A stretch of DNA of 32,000 nt from Candidatus Methanoperedens sp. (lineage in GTDB: Archaea > Halobacteriota > Methanosarcinia > Methanosarcinales > Methanoperedenaceae): positions 1 through 32,000 of the forward strand of contig JAPZAR010000015.1 of the NCBI GenBank assembly GCA_027460535.1, in the 5' to 3' direction. Each line of letters begins with the position of its first letter. Within the stretch, counting starts at the first letter, position 1. The notes under the pieces were generated by a model. It had not been told where the DNA came from, searched no databases, and worked only from the letters and a program-made list of their open reading frames with translations. Both the position numbers and the translations under genes were made by a program. Below, piece after piece: positions 1-8,304 of this stretch.

Positions 1-2133
1 GTTTAGAGGAGTTCCTGGATCTACTACGTTCCCATCTTTTAACAGGGAGATGAGCATTGTCCGGGCACTCAGATCTATATCCACTGCCTTCAGGACATAG
101 CCTTCCTGCAGGGGCAGGGTACTGCCAACTGATATGGTGCGTTTGAGGTCTTCATCCATAAGCACCTTGTGAAGCTGTCCCTGGGCAAGAGCGCTCTTTC
201 CTGCAAAAGTGGTGCTTGGTTGTGCATTTGCAATAGTGGTATTGGATGTATATCCCGCGAAGTACTTGTCAGCCATAAAGCCTATGACCTGATAACTGCC
301 GAAACCTGAGTAGCCGAATTGTACTTCTTCTGGCGTCGTGTCATATACTATGTTGCCTGCGTTGATTCTTCTATCCGTGTAGCTATTCATCTGCATCGTA
401 ATGCTTTCGTTGCCAACATCACTATTAATGTCATAATAAAACCCTGAGAAGCTCATGGGGTTCCATGTGTATTTGAGAGAGAACAGGTCAGGTCTGCTGC
501 CGTCCCACACGCGGTTGCCCGCAAGGTAGGTCTTGGAGTGGACTGTCCAGTTCCAGTATGTCGATCCACTACCGTTTGCGTTAGTAGCTATGACCGAGAC
601 ATTGTAGTTCGCGGATGAAGAAGGAGTATTGGTAAATAAGGTTTGAACTCCCGCCAAGACCAATCCGGTATTGTTAGCCTGAGAAGATCCTATGTACCAT
701 GTTACATTCGCATCCTGGCTCACGGTTATTTTGAAGGTCTGAGATACGGTTCCGATGGTCTCGACATTTACTCCAGTTGGGTCTACTTTGGTTATTACCG
801 GTTTTGGAGAAACTGCAGCCACAAAAGGAGACAGGCTTGAGACTGTTCCACTTACCATGTCATTACCAGTATTAACCGCGGTCGTTACGTTATCCCATTT
901 ATTTGTTGAATCATTCCAATGATACAGTCTAATGTCAGATTCAATAAAACCTGAAGGCAATAACGCTGGATTATATTTTAAACTGACTGTGATGGGAGAT
1001 GCAACTGTTGCTGTGGTTGATATGTTGAAATAATTGTTGCTTACCGATGTATAACCTGTGGGGAGGGAATGAGATGAATCGACTGTTTCAAGTGTGTTCC
1101 CCGGTGCAGAAACGCTTGCGAATGTAACCGAGGAATTCGTCGAGATAGTTACTGTTACCTGACTTGCGCTCGCCGGTGTGTTGGGGTCGGTGGTCGCTAT
1201 TAAACTCGTTCCGGTCTCATTCACATTACCTGTTGCATCGACTGTCTTTACCAAGATTTCGTATGTAGTGAAAGAATTAAGACCAGTTATATTGTAAGAA
1301 TTCGTTGTACTTATCGATGTGTTGCCTATCCAGCTACCATTTTTAAAGATGGCTACATGATGAAAATCGGGGTCTGTAGGGTTCGTCCAATTGATCAATA
1401 ACCATGTCGTACCATTCCCAGTAATCATGAGATTAGTGACATTTGCTGGCGCTGTCGTATCAGGAGCTTGTGTAACAGTCCATGTCCATGTTTTCACAGC
1501 GGAGCCATTTGAATTGGAAGCGTTCGCTATAACTGTATGTACTACTCCTATTCCTGCAGTATTATTAGAATATTCAGCCTTAGTGCCTATAGGAACGGAT
1601 AGGTTGGATAGCGGAACTACCACTCCATCAATTGTCCAGCTTACATCAACTATTTGATCCGCCGTAACATTAAAAGCCTGCAATCCACCAAGATATGAGG
1701 TCCAGGTTAAAGGTGGATTGAACGAGGTTATGCTTGGAGGACTTGCTGGAATGGCATTCACTATGAAAGAAGCATCTATCGATGATATAACATCGGTTCC
1801 GTTCTTGGCAGTAAAATTATAGTTATGTGTAGCGTTGCTCAAGGGACCGATACCACTAATTGTATATGTCTTGCCATCTGCCGTATTTACATCCAGAGAA
1901 TCCATTGGATTCATCGCGTGATCAATTCCATCAAGGGTCAATTTTACGTAATCTGCCGTGCCATTGGCATCATCTTTGAAAGTGACAGTAAAGGTAAAAG
2001 TTGTTGTTGTGTCTCCAGATGGTGGCGAAACGGTTCCACTTATTAAGCTTAGCGGCGCTGCCATCGCAATTAAAGCAGCGCTCAGCATCAGCAGTACTAG
2101 AATTATTCCCTTAATATATCTCTTCATTACCAT
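1..2133 (-). CDS. Secreted multi-domain cell-surface (S-layer family) protein; its 3' end runs off the window
   Basis: I translated the minus-strand frame by hand and it is open from 2133 to base 1. It is missing from the ORF track because it has no stop in the window. Start is ATG 2133 (MVMKRYIKGIILVLLMLSAALIAMA, signal-peptide-like) with GAAGGGG 5 nt upstream; an alternative ATG lies at 2127. Domains seen: Ig/PKD-like modules (..VDVSWTIDG.., ..ANVTWYIGS..), an FN3-like module (APANVTNL..WTNPTDPDF..YEILVKTVD), and a segment LYHWNDSTNKWDNV..GTVSSLSPFVAA. The last part in the window (NPMSFSGFYYDI..YQVIGFMADKYFAGY..LPLQEGYVLKAVDIDL..LLKDGNVVD) matches the S-layer duplication domain (DUF1608) known from Methanosarcina S-layer proteins. 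Confidence 0.8.
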   Translation of the reverse strand, partial: MVMKRYIKGIILVLLMLSAALIAMAAPLSLISGTVSPPSGDTTTTFTFTVTFKDDANGTADYVKLTLDGIDHAMNPMDSLDVNTADGKTYTISGIGPLSNATHNYNFTAKNGTDVISSIDASFIVNAIPASPPSITSFNPPLTWTSYLGGLQAFNVTADQIVDVSWTIDGVVVPLSNLSVPIGTKAEYSNNTAGIGVVHTVIANASNSNGSAVKTWTWTVTQAPDTTAPANVTNLMITGNGTTWLLINWTNPTDPDFHHVAIFKNGSWIGNTSISTTNSYNITGLNSFTTYEILVKTVDATGNVNETGTSLIATTDPNTPASASQVTVTISTNSSVTFASVSAPGNTLETVDSSHSLPTGYTSVSNNYFNISTTATVASPITVSLKYNPALLPSGFIESDIRLYHWNDSTNKWDNVTTAVNTGNDMVSGTVSSLSPFVAAVSPKPVITKVDPTGVNVETIGTVSQTFKITVSQDANVTWYIGSSQANNTGLVLAGVQTLFTNTPSSSANYNVSVIATNANGSGSTYWNWTVHSKTYLAGNRVWDGSRPDLFSLKYTWNPMSFSGFYYDINSDVGNESITMQMNSYTDRRINAGNIVYDTTPEEVQFGYSGFGSYQVIGFMADKYFAGYTSNTTIANAQPSTTFAGKSALAQGQLHKVLMDEDLKRTISVGSTLPLQEGYVLKAVDIDLSARTMLISLLKDGNVVDPGTPLN

Positions 2134-2313
2134 AATTACCCCTTCAGCTCATTTTTTCAATTATCCTCGTCTCTCTTGCCCGGTCATCATGCCATAAAAA
2201 TGCAATATGATAGGGTATTCTTTCACTAAGAACTCATTATATAAATAATTTCTGTGACAAAAGTCAACCCGCCAGCAGTTTAATGATAATCCGCATTGAA
2301 ATGTCCGTATTGA

Positions 2314-2604
2314 CTATTCCTTTCCGAGCATCTTTTCCAGCAATTCAAATCTCTTTAAAGCAAGCTCCTTGCTCGCTATGCGTCTTATTATCGCCCGCCC
2401 GGTATCGAAAACTATTATTTTCTCAACCGGAGAGTTGGTCAGTATAAGCATTTCGTTATCAGGCGTTACCTGGACATTATCAAAATATTTTTTGAGTTCG
2501 GTGAGCGCCTGCGGGGTGATATTTATATTCCCAAGCTCGGCTTCCCCGCTGAACAGATCCTCTTCCTGTTTCGTAAAACAAGGCTCGATCGTAATTATTT
2601 TCAT
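2314..2604 (-). CDS. Hypothetical 96-aa protein, translationally coupled to coaBC
   Basis: ATG start at 2604 overlaps the coaBC stop (ATGA, 2601-2604). Composition is balanced and charged. I recognise no family. Confidence 0.55.
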   Translation of the reverse strand: MKIITIEPCFTKQEEDLFSGEAELGNINITPQALTELKKYFDNVQVTPDNEMLILTNSPVEKIIVFDTGRAIIRRIASKELALKRFELLEKMLGKE

Positions 2605-3797
2605 TGGCAGATAATAGCCTCGACCTTATTCATTATCTCTTTTGCTATTTCTGGTTTGGTGCCGGAGACACGCTTTACCTCGCCATCGATCATATAAACG
2701 TCATTATCCTCTGTCCCCATCCCGCCTCTTGCTACGTCATTCGCCACGACCATGGCAAGTCCTGATGCCTCCATGGACTCCCGCGCGCGCTTTATCAATT
2801 CATTTTCCGTTACACCTGTTTCAGCCTTAAAGCCAATGATCTTGAGGCCTGGATACTTGATACGGACCTGGCTGATGAGCTTTGGCGCAGGTTTCATGGT
2901 CAATGTGAAGTTCTTGTCCGATTTTATCTTCTCCCTGGAAGCGGCAACCGTGAAATCCGATATGGCGGCTGCGCTTATGAGAAGGTCGTACTTCTTATCC
3001 AGCTCTTCAAGTACGGTATCTGTCATATCCTTCGCACTCTCGGCATTGAATTCGCATATCCCCTGCATCCCCAGGCAGCCCCTGTGAACAAGAGTAACAT
3101 CTGCGCCTCTCCTGAAAGCCTCAAGCGCAAGCTCGACACCTGTCTTGCCAGAGGCGCGGTTGGTGATAATTCTTATCGGATCAATAGCCTCGGCTGTCGC
3201 GCCCCCTGTGATAAGGATGCGTTTGCCCTTTAGTGTTTTTTTACCAAGTGTTCTCTCTACCCGCAGGACGATCTCTTCCTTAGATGCAATTTTCGCCGCA
3301 CCCTCTTCCATTACAGGATTGATGAATTCCACCCCTAATTCCGCCAGTTTTCCCATGTTCTCGATAACGATGGGATGGTTGTACATGGATTCATGCATTG
3401 CAGGCACGATCATTATCGGAATTCCCGAGCCGAACGCAGTTGTTGCAAATGTCGTAACAGGAGTGTCATCTATACCGTGTGCTATCTTACCTATCGTGTT
3501 CGCAGTGCAGGGTGCAATAAGCAGAAGATGCGCTATGCCCCCGATACCGCAGAATTCCACATGCTCTACGACGCCAGTTATTTCAGTGATCACGGATTTG
3601 CCTGTGGCATAGCGCATCGTTTCATGATGTATGATCTTCTGGGCATCCTTTGTCATTACGGCATGCACTTCTGCACCATGCCTCATCAGCTCCCGTGCAA
3701 GCTCAACGCATCTGACAGCTGCAATACTACCTGTTATCCCGAGGGCGATAGTTTTTCCGTGCAGCGAGGTAGATGATTGAAAAATTTGTGCGCTCAT
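2601..3797 (-). CDS. coaBC: Bifunctional phosphopantothenoylcysteine decarboxylase / phosphopantothenate-cysteine ligase (CoaBC/Dfp)
   Basis: 398 aa. N-terminal flavoprotein motif GITGSIAAVRCVELARELMRHGAEVHAVMT and a C-terminal DFP ligase-like half (ITGGATAEAIDPIRIITNRASGKTG). ATG start. Confidence 0.9.
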   Translation of the reverse strand: MSAQIFQSSTSLHGKTIALGITGSIAAVRCVELARELMRHGAEVHAVMTKDAQKIIHHETMRYATGKSVITEITGVVEHVEFCGIGGIAHLLLIAPCTANTIGKIAHGIDDTPVTTFATTAFGSGIPIMIVPAMHESMYNHPIVIENMGKLAELGVEFINPVMEEGAAKIASKEEIVLRVERTLGKKTLKGKRILITGGATAEAIDPIRIITNRASGKTGVELALEAFRRGADVTLVHRGCLGMQGICEFNAESAKDMTDTVLEELDKKYDLLISAAAISDFTVAASREKIKSDKNFTLTMKPAPKLISQVRIKYPGLKIIGFKAETGVTENELIKRARESMEASGLAMVVANDVARGGMGTEDNDVYMIDGEVKRVSGTKPEIAKEIMNKVEAIICQ

Positions 3798-3896
3798 CGC
3801 ATTCCTCTTTGGTTCAAAAAGATAAGAATGTTTTGATGATCTCAGTCCTTTTTAAACTCCACAAGACCAAAATACTAATGCGACAATTATAATTCA

Positions 3897-4568
3897 ATGA
3901 TTTCAATCGGGGTAATCTCCAGAGGAAAATACGGGCTTCGTCTAATCGAAAACATCAGGAAAAATTCAGAGTTCATGGTTTCTTCAATAGAAATACCCGA
4001 ATATCTTCCCGATTTTATAGAAGATCCCTCTGATTTTGTAGAATCCCTGCATCTGGATAAGAATATATTTTCACGCGACCTCGTTATAGCATATACACTC
4101 CATCCCGATCTTACACCGGAAATCATTCGCCTTGCAGGGGAAAATGGGGCTCATTCCGTGATCATCGCTGGCGGGACCGCGCAGGCCGGTGGACAATCCG
4201 AGCTCATGAGACTTTCCAAAAAATACAAAATGCACATCGAGGTGCATGAAATATGCTGCGATATCGAGAAAAGTGGCGACAAGGTTGTGGACGAATTCGC
4301 GTCATGTTTCGGAAGACCCGAACTGAAAATTACCACAGAGAATGGTCTTATTGCTAAAGTGGAGGTTATTCGCGGCGCGCCCTGCGGGAGCACGGAACAT
4401 ATGGCAAAAGGTATCGCCTGGATGGATAAAGGGAATGCCCCGACAAGAGCCGGGCTTCTCGTGCAGCAGTACCCGTGCAGAGCCCTCCGCGGCATCAAAG
4501 GCGGAATACATAAGGCTGCAAGGTTACATAAGGAAGCAATAGAAAAAGCTCTACAGGAGAGTGGTTAG
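3897..4568 (+). CDS. DUF166-family protein (family annotated as archaeal thymidylate-synthase-like, PF02593)
   Basis: 223 aa. The N-terminus (ISIGVISRGKYG..IEIPEYLPDFIEDP) and C-terminal Cys motifs (GAPCGST, YPCRA) resemble DUF166 as I remember it. This is a family-level call only. Confidence 0.55.
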   Translation: MISIGVISRGKYGLRLIENIRKNSEFMVSSIEIPEYLPDFIEDPSDFVESLHLDKNIFSRDLVIAYTLHPDLTPEIIRLAGENGAHSVIIAGGTAQAGGQSELMRLSKKYKMHIEVHEICCDIEKSGDKVVDEFASCFGRPELKITTENGLIAKVEVIRGAPCGSTEHMAKGIAWMDKGNAPTRAGLLVQQYPCRALRGIKGGIHKAARLHKEAIEKALQESG

Positions 4569-5795
4569 ATGAAAGAACCGATATATGAGGAATCATTGCG
4601 GTTCCATGAACTGCACCAGGGGAAAATAGCTTTGAAAAGCAAAGTGAGCATAAGAACAAAAAATGACATGTGCCTGGCCTATACGCCTGGGGTTGCCGGG
4701 CCCTGCATGCGAATCCATTCTAACAGCGATGACGTATATCGCTATACCTCCAAAGGGAATTTTGTAGCTGTTGTCAGCGACGGCACATCCGTGTTGGGTC
4801 TGGGGGATATTGGCCCTCTTGCGGCTATCCCTGTGATGGAAGGAAAAGCCATGCTTTTCAAGGTTTTCGCTGGAGTGGATGCTTTCCCAATATGCCTTGA
4901 CACAAGGGACACGGATGACGTGATAAATTCGGTAAAGAACATAGCGCCTGTTTTCGGGGGTATCAACCTTGAAGATATAGGCGCTCCCCGGTGTTTCGAG
5001 ATCGAGGCGCGCTTAAAGGGATTACTTGATATCCCTGTATTCCACGACGACCAGCATGGCGCCGCCACTGTGGCGCTTGCGGGGTTGATCAATGCTTTGA
5101 ACGTCGTGGGTAAGAAATTTGCTGAAATAAAAGTTGTCATCAGCGGAGCGGGGGCAGCAGGCACTGCGACTGCAAAGATCTTGTTGAATAAAGGTGTCAG
5201 GAACATTCTTGTGTGCGATTCCACAGGCATAATATCTAAAAGCAGAACTGGATTGAACTTCGCAAAAATAGAGCTTGCTGAGCTCACGAACAGGGATAAT
5301 GAAACCGGCATGCTTGCCGATGCAATGGCTGGAGCAGATGTTTTCATAGGTCTTTCTGTGGGCGGTTTAGTTTCAAGGAAAATGGTGCGTTCCATGGCTG
5401 AAGATGCAATTGTTCTACCTCTTGCGAATCCGGAACCTGAGATAATGCCTGCGGAGGCTAAAAGAGCCGGTGCCCGCATCGTTGGGACCGGGCGTGCGGA
5501 TTTCCCCAATCAGATCAATAATTCCCTCGGCTTTCCCGGGATATTCAGGGGGGCGCTCGATGTAAGAGCAACAGATATCAATGAAGAAATGAAAATGGCT
5601 TGTGCCTGTACACTTGCTTCGCTTGTGCCAGAGCCTTCTGAAGATGACATCATACCCAGCATATTCAATCCTGAGGTTGCTCCATCCGTGGCATCTGCCG
5701 TGGCGAAAGCCGCCATGGAGAGCGGGGTTGCAAGGATACGCATGACTCCGGAGGAAGTTGCAGAGCATACCAGAAAGCTTGTAAGGGAACAATGA
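4569..5795 (+). CDS. NAD(P)-dependent malic enzyme (oxaloacetate-decarboxylating malate dehydrogenase)
   Basis: 408 aa. Contains LAYTPGVA, VVSDGTSVLGLGDIG, GINLEDI, FHDDQHGTA-like FHDDQHGAA and the Rossmann motif ISGAGAAG. The start abuts the stop of the upstream gene. Confidence 0.9.
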   Translation: MKEPIYEESLRFHELHQGKIALKSKVSIRTKNDMCLAYTPGVAGPCMRIHSNSDDVYRYTSKGNFVAVVSDGTSVLGLGDIGPLAAIPVMEGKAMLFKVFAGVDAFPICLDTRDTDDVINSVKNIAPVFGGINLEDIGAPRCFEIEARLKGLLDIPVFHDDQHGAATVALAGLINALNVVGKKFAEIKVVISGAGAAGTATAKILLNKGVRNILVCDSTGIISKSRTGLNFAKIELAELTNRDNETGMLADAMAGADVFIGLSVGGLVSRKMVRSMAEDAIVLPLANPEPEIMPAEAKRAGARIVGTGRADFPNQINNSLGFPGIFRGALDVRATDINEEMKMACACTLASLVPEPSEDDIIPSIFNPEVAPSVASAVAKAAMESGVARIRMTPEEVAEHTRKLVREQ

Positions 5796-6394
5796 TAACG
5801 GCCATTCTAATACTTCTGTGCACGATGTTCAGCCTTTATGCCTGGACATCACCGCATAATCTCGCTTTCAGTGGATCCGCCCTTTTTAATGGGGATTATT
5901 ATACCCTGGTGTCAGGGCTCTTCGTTCATGCAAACCTTGTCCATTTGCTCGGGAACATGGTTTTCCTCTTCATTTTCGGCAACATGCTTGAAAATGAGGT
6001 GGGCAACCTGAGGACAGGCGCCGTGTTCTTTGCGGGCGGTATCCTATCGTTTGTCCTGAGCATTCCGTTCTATCCAGATTCGATAATGGTGGGGGCGTCG
6101 GCTGCGATTTTTGCTGTCATGGCAGCATTGTTACTCGTACGCCCTCCTGCGTATTCACTGCAATTCCTTTCTCCCATGGGACCGCTTGTGATAGTATTCC
6201 TTATATTCAATGTTGTCGCAATCGAAAATGGCGCGTCGGGGAATGTGGCATACATCTCGCATGTTATAGGGTTCGTAATCGGGCTTTTCTTCGGGGCGAG
6301 TTGGAACAAAAAGTGGATGGAAAGCCTGCTGTATACACTCGGGCTGCTTGTCATATATTTTGTGCTGTATAATTATTTGAAAACCGTGGTCTAG
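5792..6394 (+). CDS. Rhomboid-family intramembrane serine protease
   Basis: 200 aa, polytopic. Rhomboid motifs HLLGNMVFLFIFG, GASAAIF (catalytic Ser) and HVIGFVIGLFFG (catalytic His). ATGA overlap with the malic enzyme stop. Confidence 0.8.
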   Translation: MITAILILLCTMFSLYAWTSPHNLAFSGSALFNGDYYTLVSGLFVHANLVHLLGNMVFLFIFGNMLENEVGNLRTGAVFFAGGILSFVLSIPFYPDSIMVGASAAIFAVMAALLLVRPPAYSLQFLSPMGPLVIVFLIFNVVAIENGASGNVAYISHVIGFVIGLFFGASWNKKWMESLLYTLGLLVIYFVLYNYLKTVV

Positions 6395-6404
6395 GGATAA
6401 GAAT

Positions 6405-8114
6405 ATGAGAAACGCTGAAGTGGCTACGCTTCTGTACAACATAAGCGAGCTCCTGGAAATAAAAGGGGAGATCACCTTCAAGATAAGGGCATATGCAAAG
6501 GCTGCCCGGGCCATTGAGGGCAATACTGAGGACATAGAAAAAATAGCAAGAGAAAAAAGATTGAAAGAAATTCCCGGGGTGGGGGAGAAAATTGCAGAAA
6601 AGATCGAGGAATATCTGGAAACCGGTAAGCTTGAGTCCTATGAGGACTTGAAAAAGCAGGTTCCTAAGGAGCTGCATGAGCTTTTAAAGATCCCCGGGAT
6701 AGGACCGAAAACACTGCAATTCCTGCATGGCGAAATTGGGATAAAAAGCGTGGAAGATCTTGAAAAGGCGGCAAGGGAACACAGGTTAAGAAGGCTTGAG
6801 CGCTTCGGTGCGACAAAGGAAGAGAATATAATCAAGGCAATTGAAAGATACAGGCAGCGAAGCTCAAGGATACCCCTCGGGACCGCGCTTCCCCTCGTCC
6901 GTGAAATAATTGAGGCGCTTGCTAAGTCCGGGTTCATAGAAACGATCGAACCTGCGGGAAGCCTGAGAAGAAAAAAGGAAACAGTTGGTGATATCGACAT
7001 CCTTGCCATTTCAAAGGATGCCCTGGCGGCCATCGAGGCATTTGTGCACTTGCCTGCAGTGAAAGAAGTGATCGTGAAAGGCCCAACAAAGGCCACTGTC
7101 ATTACGCATGAAGCTATACAGGTTGACCTTCGAATAATGGAAAGCAGATCCTTCGGTACATCTTTACAGTATTTTACAGGTTCAAAAGAGCACAACATAA
7201 AATTGCGGGACCTGGCAAGGCAGAAAGGACTGAAACTCTCAGAATACGATCTGGAGGAGATCTCCACAGGCAAAAAGATCTACTGCGGAAGCGATGATGA
7301 AGTCTATAATAAGCTTGGACTTGCGCCCATCCCCCCTGAGATCAGGGAAGATACAGGTGAGATAGAAGCAGCTTTGGGAGGAAAGCTCCCAATGCTGGTG
7401 GAGAATAAAGACATCAAAGGAGATTTCCACATCCATACGGACTGGAGCGAGGGAACCAATACACTTGCGGAGATGGTCGAAGCCGCGAAAAAACTTGGAT
7501 ACGAATATATCGCAGTGACAGATCATTCAAAGGCAATAGGTGTTGCTCATGGGCTTAGCGAGGAAAGGCTCCTCGCCCAGATAGATGAGATACAAAAATT
7601 GAACAGGAAGCTTGAGAATTTCCGGGTCTTTACAGGCATCGAGGTGGATATAAAGGCCGATTCAAGCCTCAACTTCCCGGATAGCATCCTGAGGCAGTGC
7701 GATGTGGTGGTGGCGGCGCTGCACACAGGACAGAGACAGACAAGAAGGGAGATAACAGGCCGCCTGATAACTGCCATGGAGAATGAGAATGTGGATATAA
7801 TTGCCCATCCCACAGGCAGGATCATAGGAGAGAGGGAGGCTTATGATGTAGACATCGATGCCCTTCTTGATGCTGCTGCCGGTTCGCATACGGTTCTTGA
7901 GATAAATGCCTATCCAAGCAGACTCGACCTTAGCGATGTTAATGCCCGAAAGGCGAAAAATAAGGGGATAAAGATTGCCATCGGCACTGATGCCCACAAC
8001 ATCGGGCATCTGGGGCTGATGGAGTTCGGGGTGAATGTAGCAAGGCGCGCCTGGCTTGAGAAGAAGGATGTGATGAATACAAGGGCAGCGGAGGACGTGA
8101 AGTTCAAGGATTGA
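6405..8114 (+). CDS. polX: Family X DNA polymerase with C-terminal PHP domain (PolX)
   Basis: 569 aa. HhH motifs (IPGVGEKIA, IPGIGPKT), nucleotidyltransferase motif GSLRRKKETVGDIDIL, and PHP motifs GDFHIHTDWSEG and GTDAH. Confidence 0.9.
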   Translation: MRNAEVATLLYNISELLEIKGEITFKIRAYAKAARAIEGNTEDIEKIAREKRLKEIPGVGEKIAEKIEEYLETGKLESYEDLKKQVPKELHELLKIPGIGPKTLQFLHGEIGIKSVEDLEKAAREHRLRRLERFGATKEENIIKAIERYRQRSSRIPLGTALPLVREIIEALAKSGFIETIEPAGSLRRKKETVGDIDILAISKDALAAIEAFVHLPAVKEVIVKGPTKATVITHEAIQVDLRIMESRSFGTSLQYFTGSKEHNIKLRDLARQKGLKLSEYDLEEISTGKKIYCGSDDEVYNKLGLAPIPPEIREDTGEIEAALGGKLPMLVENKDIKGDFHIHTDWSEGTNTLAEMVEAAKKLGYEYIAVTDHSKAIGVAHGLSEERLLAQIDEIQKLNRKLENFRVFTGIEVDIKADSSLNFPDSILRQCDVVVAALHTGQRQTRREITGRLITAMENENVDIIAHPTGRIIGEREAYDVDIDALLDAAAGSHTVLEINAYPSRLDLSDVNARKAKNKGIKIAIGTDAHNIGHLGLMEFGVNVARRAWLEKKDVMNTRAAEDVKFKD

Positions 8115-8148
8115 TTTTATCCATAAGGTAGGCCGATATTTCTTTTAT

Positions 8149-8194
8149 TATTCCTTCAAGGAATATATCACTTTTTGAACTTTCCTTCCAAGGA
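8149..8194. promoter_or_regulatory. Two related palindromes (TATTCCTTcAAGGAATA and TCCTTccAAGGA) upstream of the histidine kinase gene
   Basis: A 17-bp palindrome at 8149-8165 and a 5+5 inverted repeat at 8183-8194 share the core TTCCTT-N1-2-AAGGA. Their centres are about 31 bp apart. An AT-rich TATA-like stretch (ATAAATATATAT, about 8204-8216) follows immediately. Confidence 0.3.
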
Positions 8195-8304
8195 CAAATA
8201 GCTATAAATATATATCATCATAACTATTATGATAAATGGTATTCTATCAGTCAACATGAGCAGAGAACTGCAGTGATGAAACGAAAAAATGGTGATATGG
8301 TCTA

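Noticed and set aside
3798-3896. C-box-like TGATGA (3834-3839) in the coaBC/DUF166 divergent spacer, considered as a possible C/D box sRNA
   Set aside because: There is no D box (CTGA) at a suitable distance on that strand, and no C'/D' pair. It is more likely promoter sequence.
4742-5509. 255-aa minus-strand ORF inside the malic enzyme gene
   Set aside because: It is antisense to a gene with strong family motifs. Its Ala/Ser/Pro-rich, low-complexity composition is typical of a shadow ORF.
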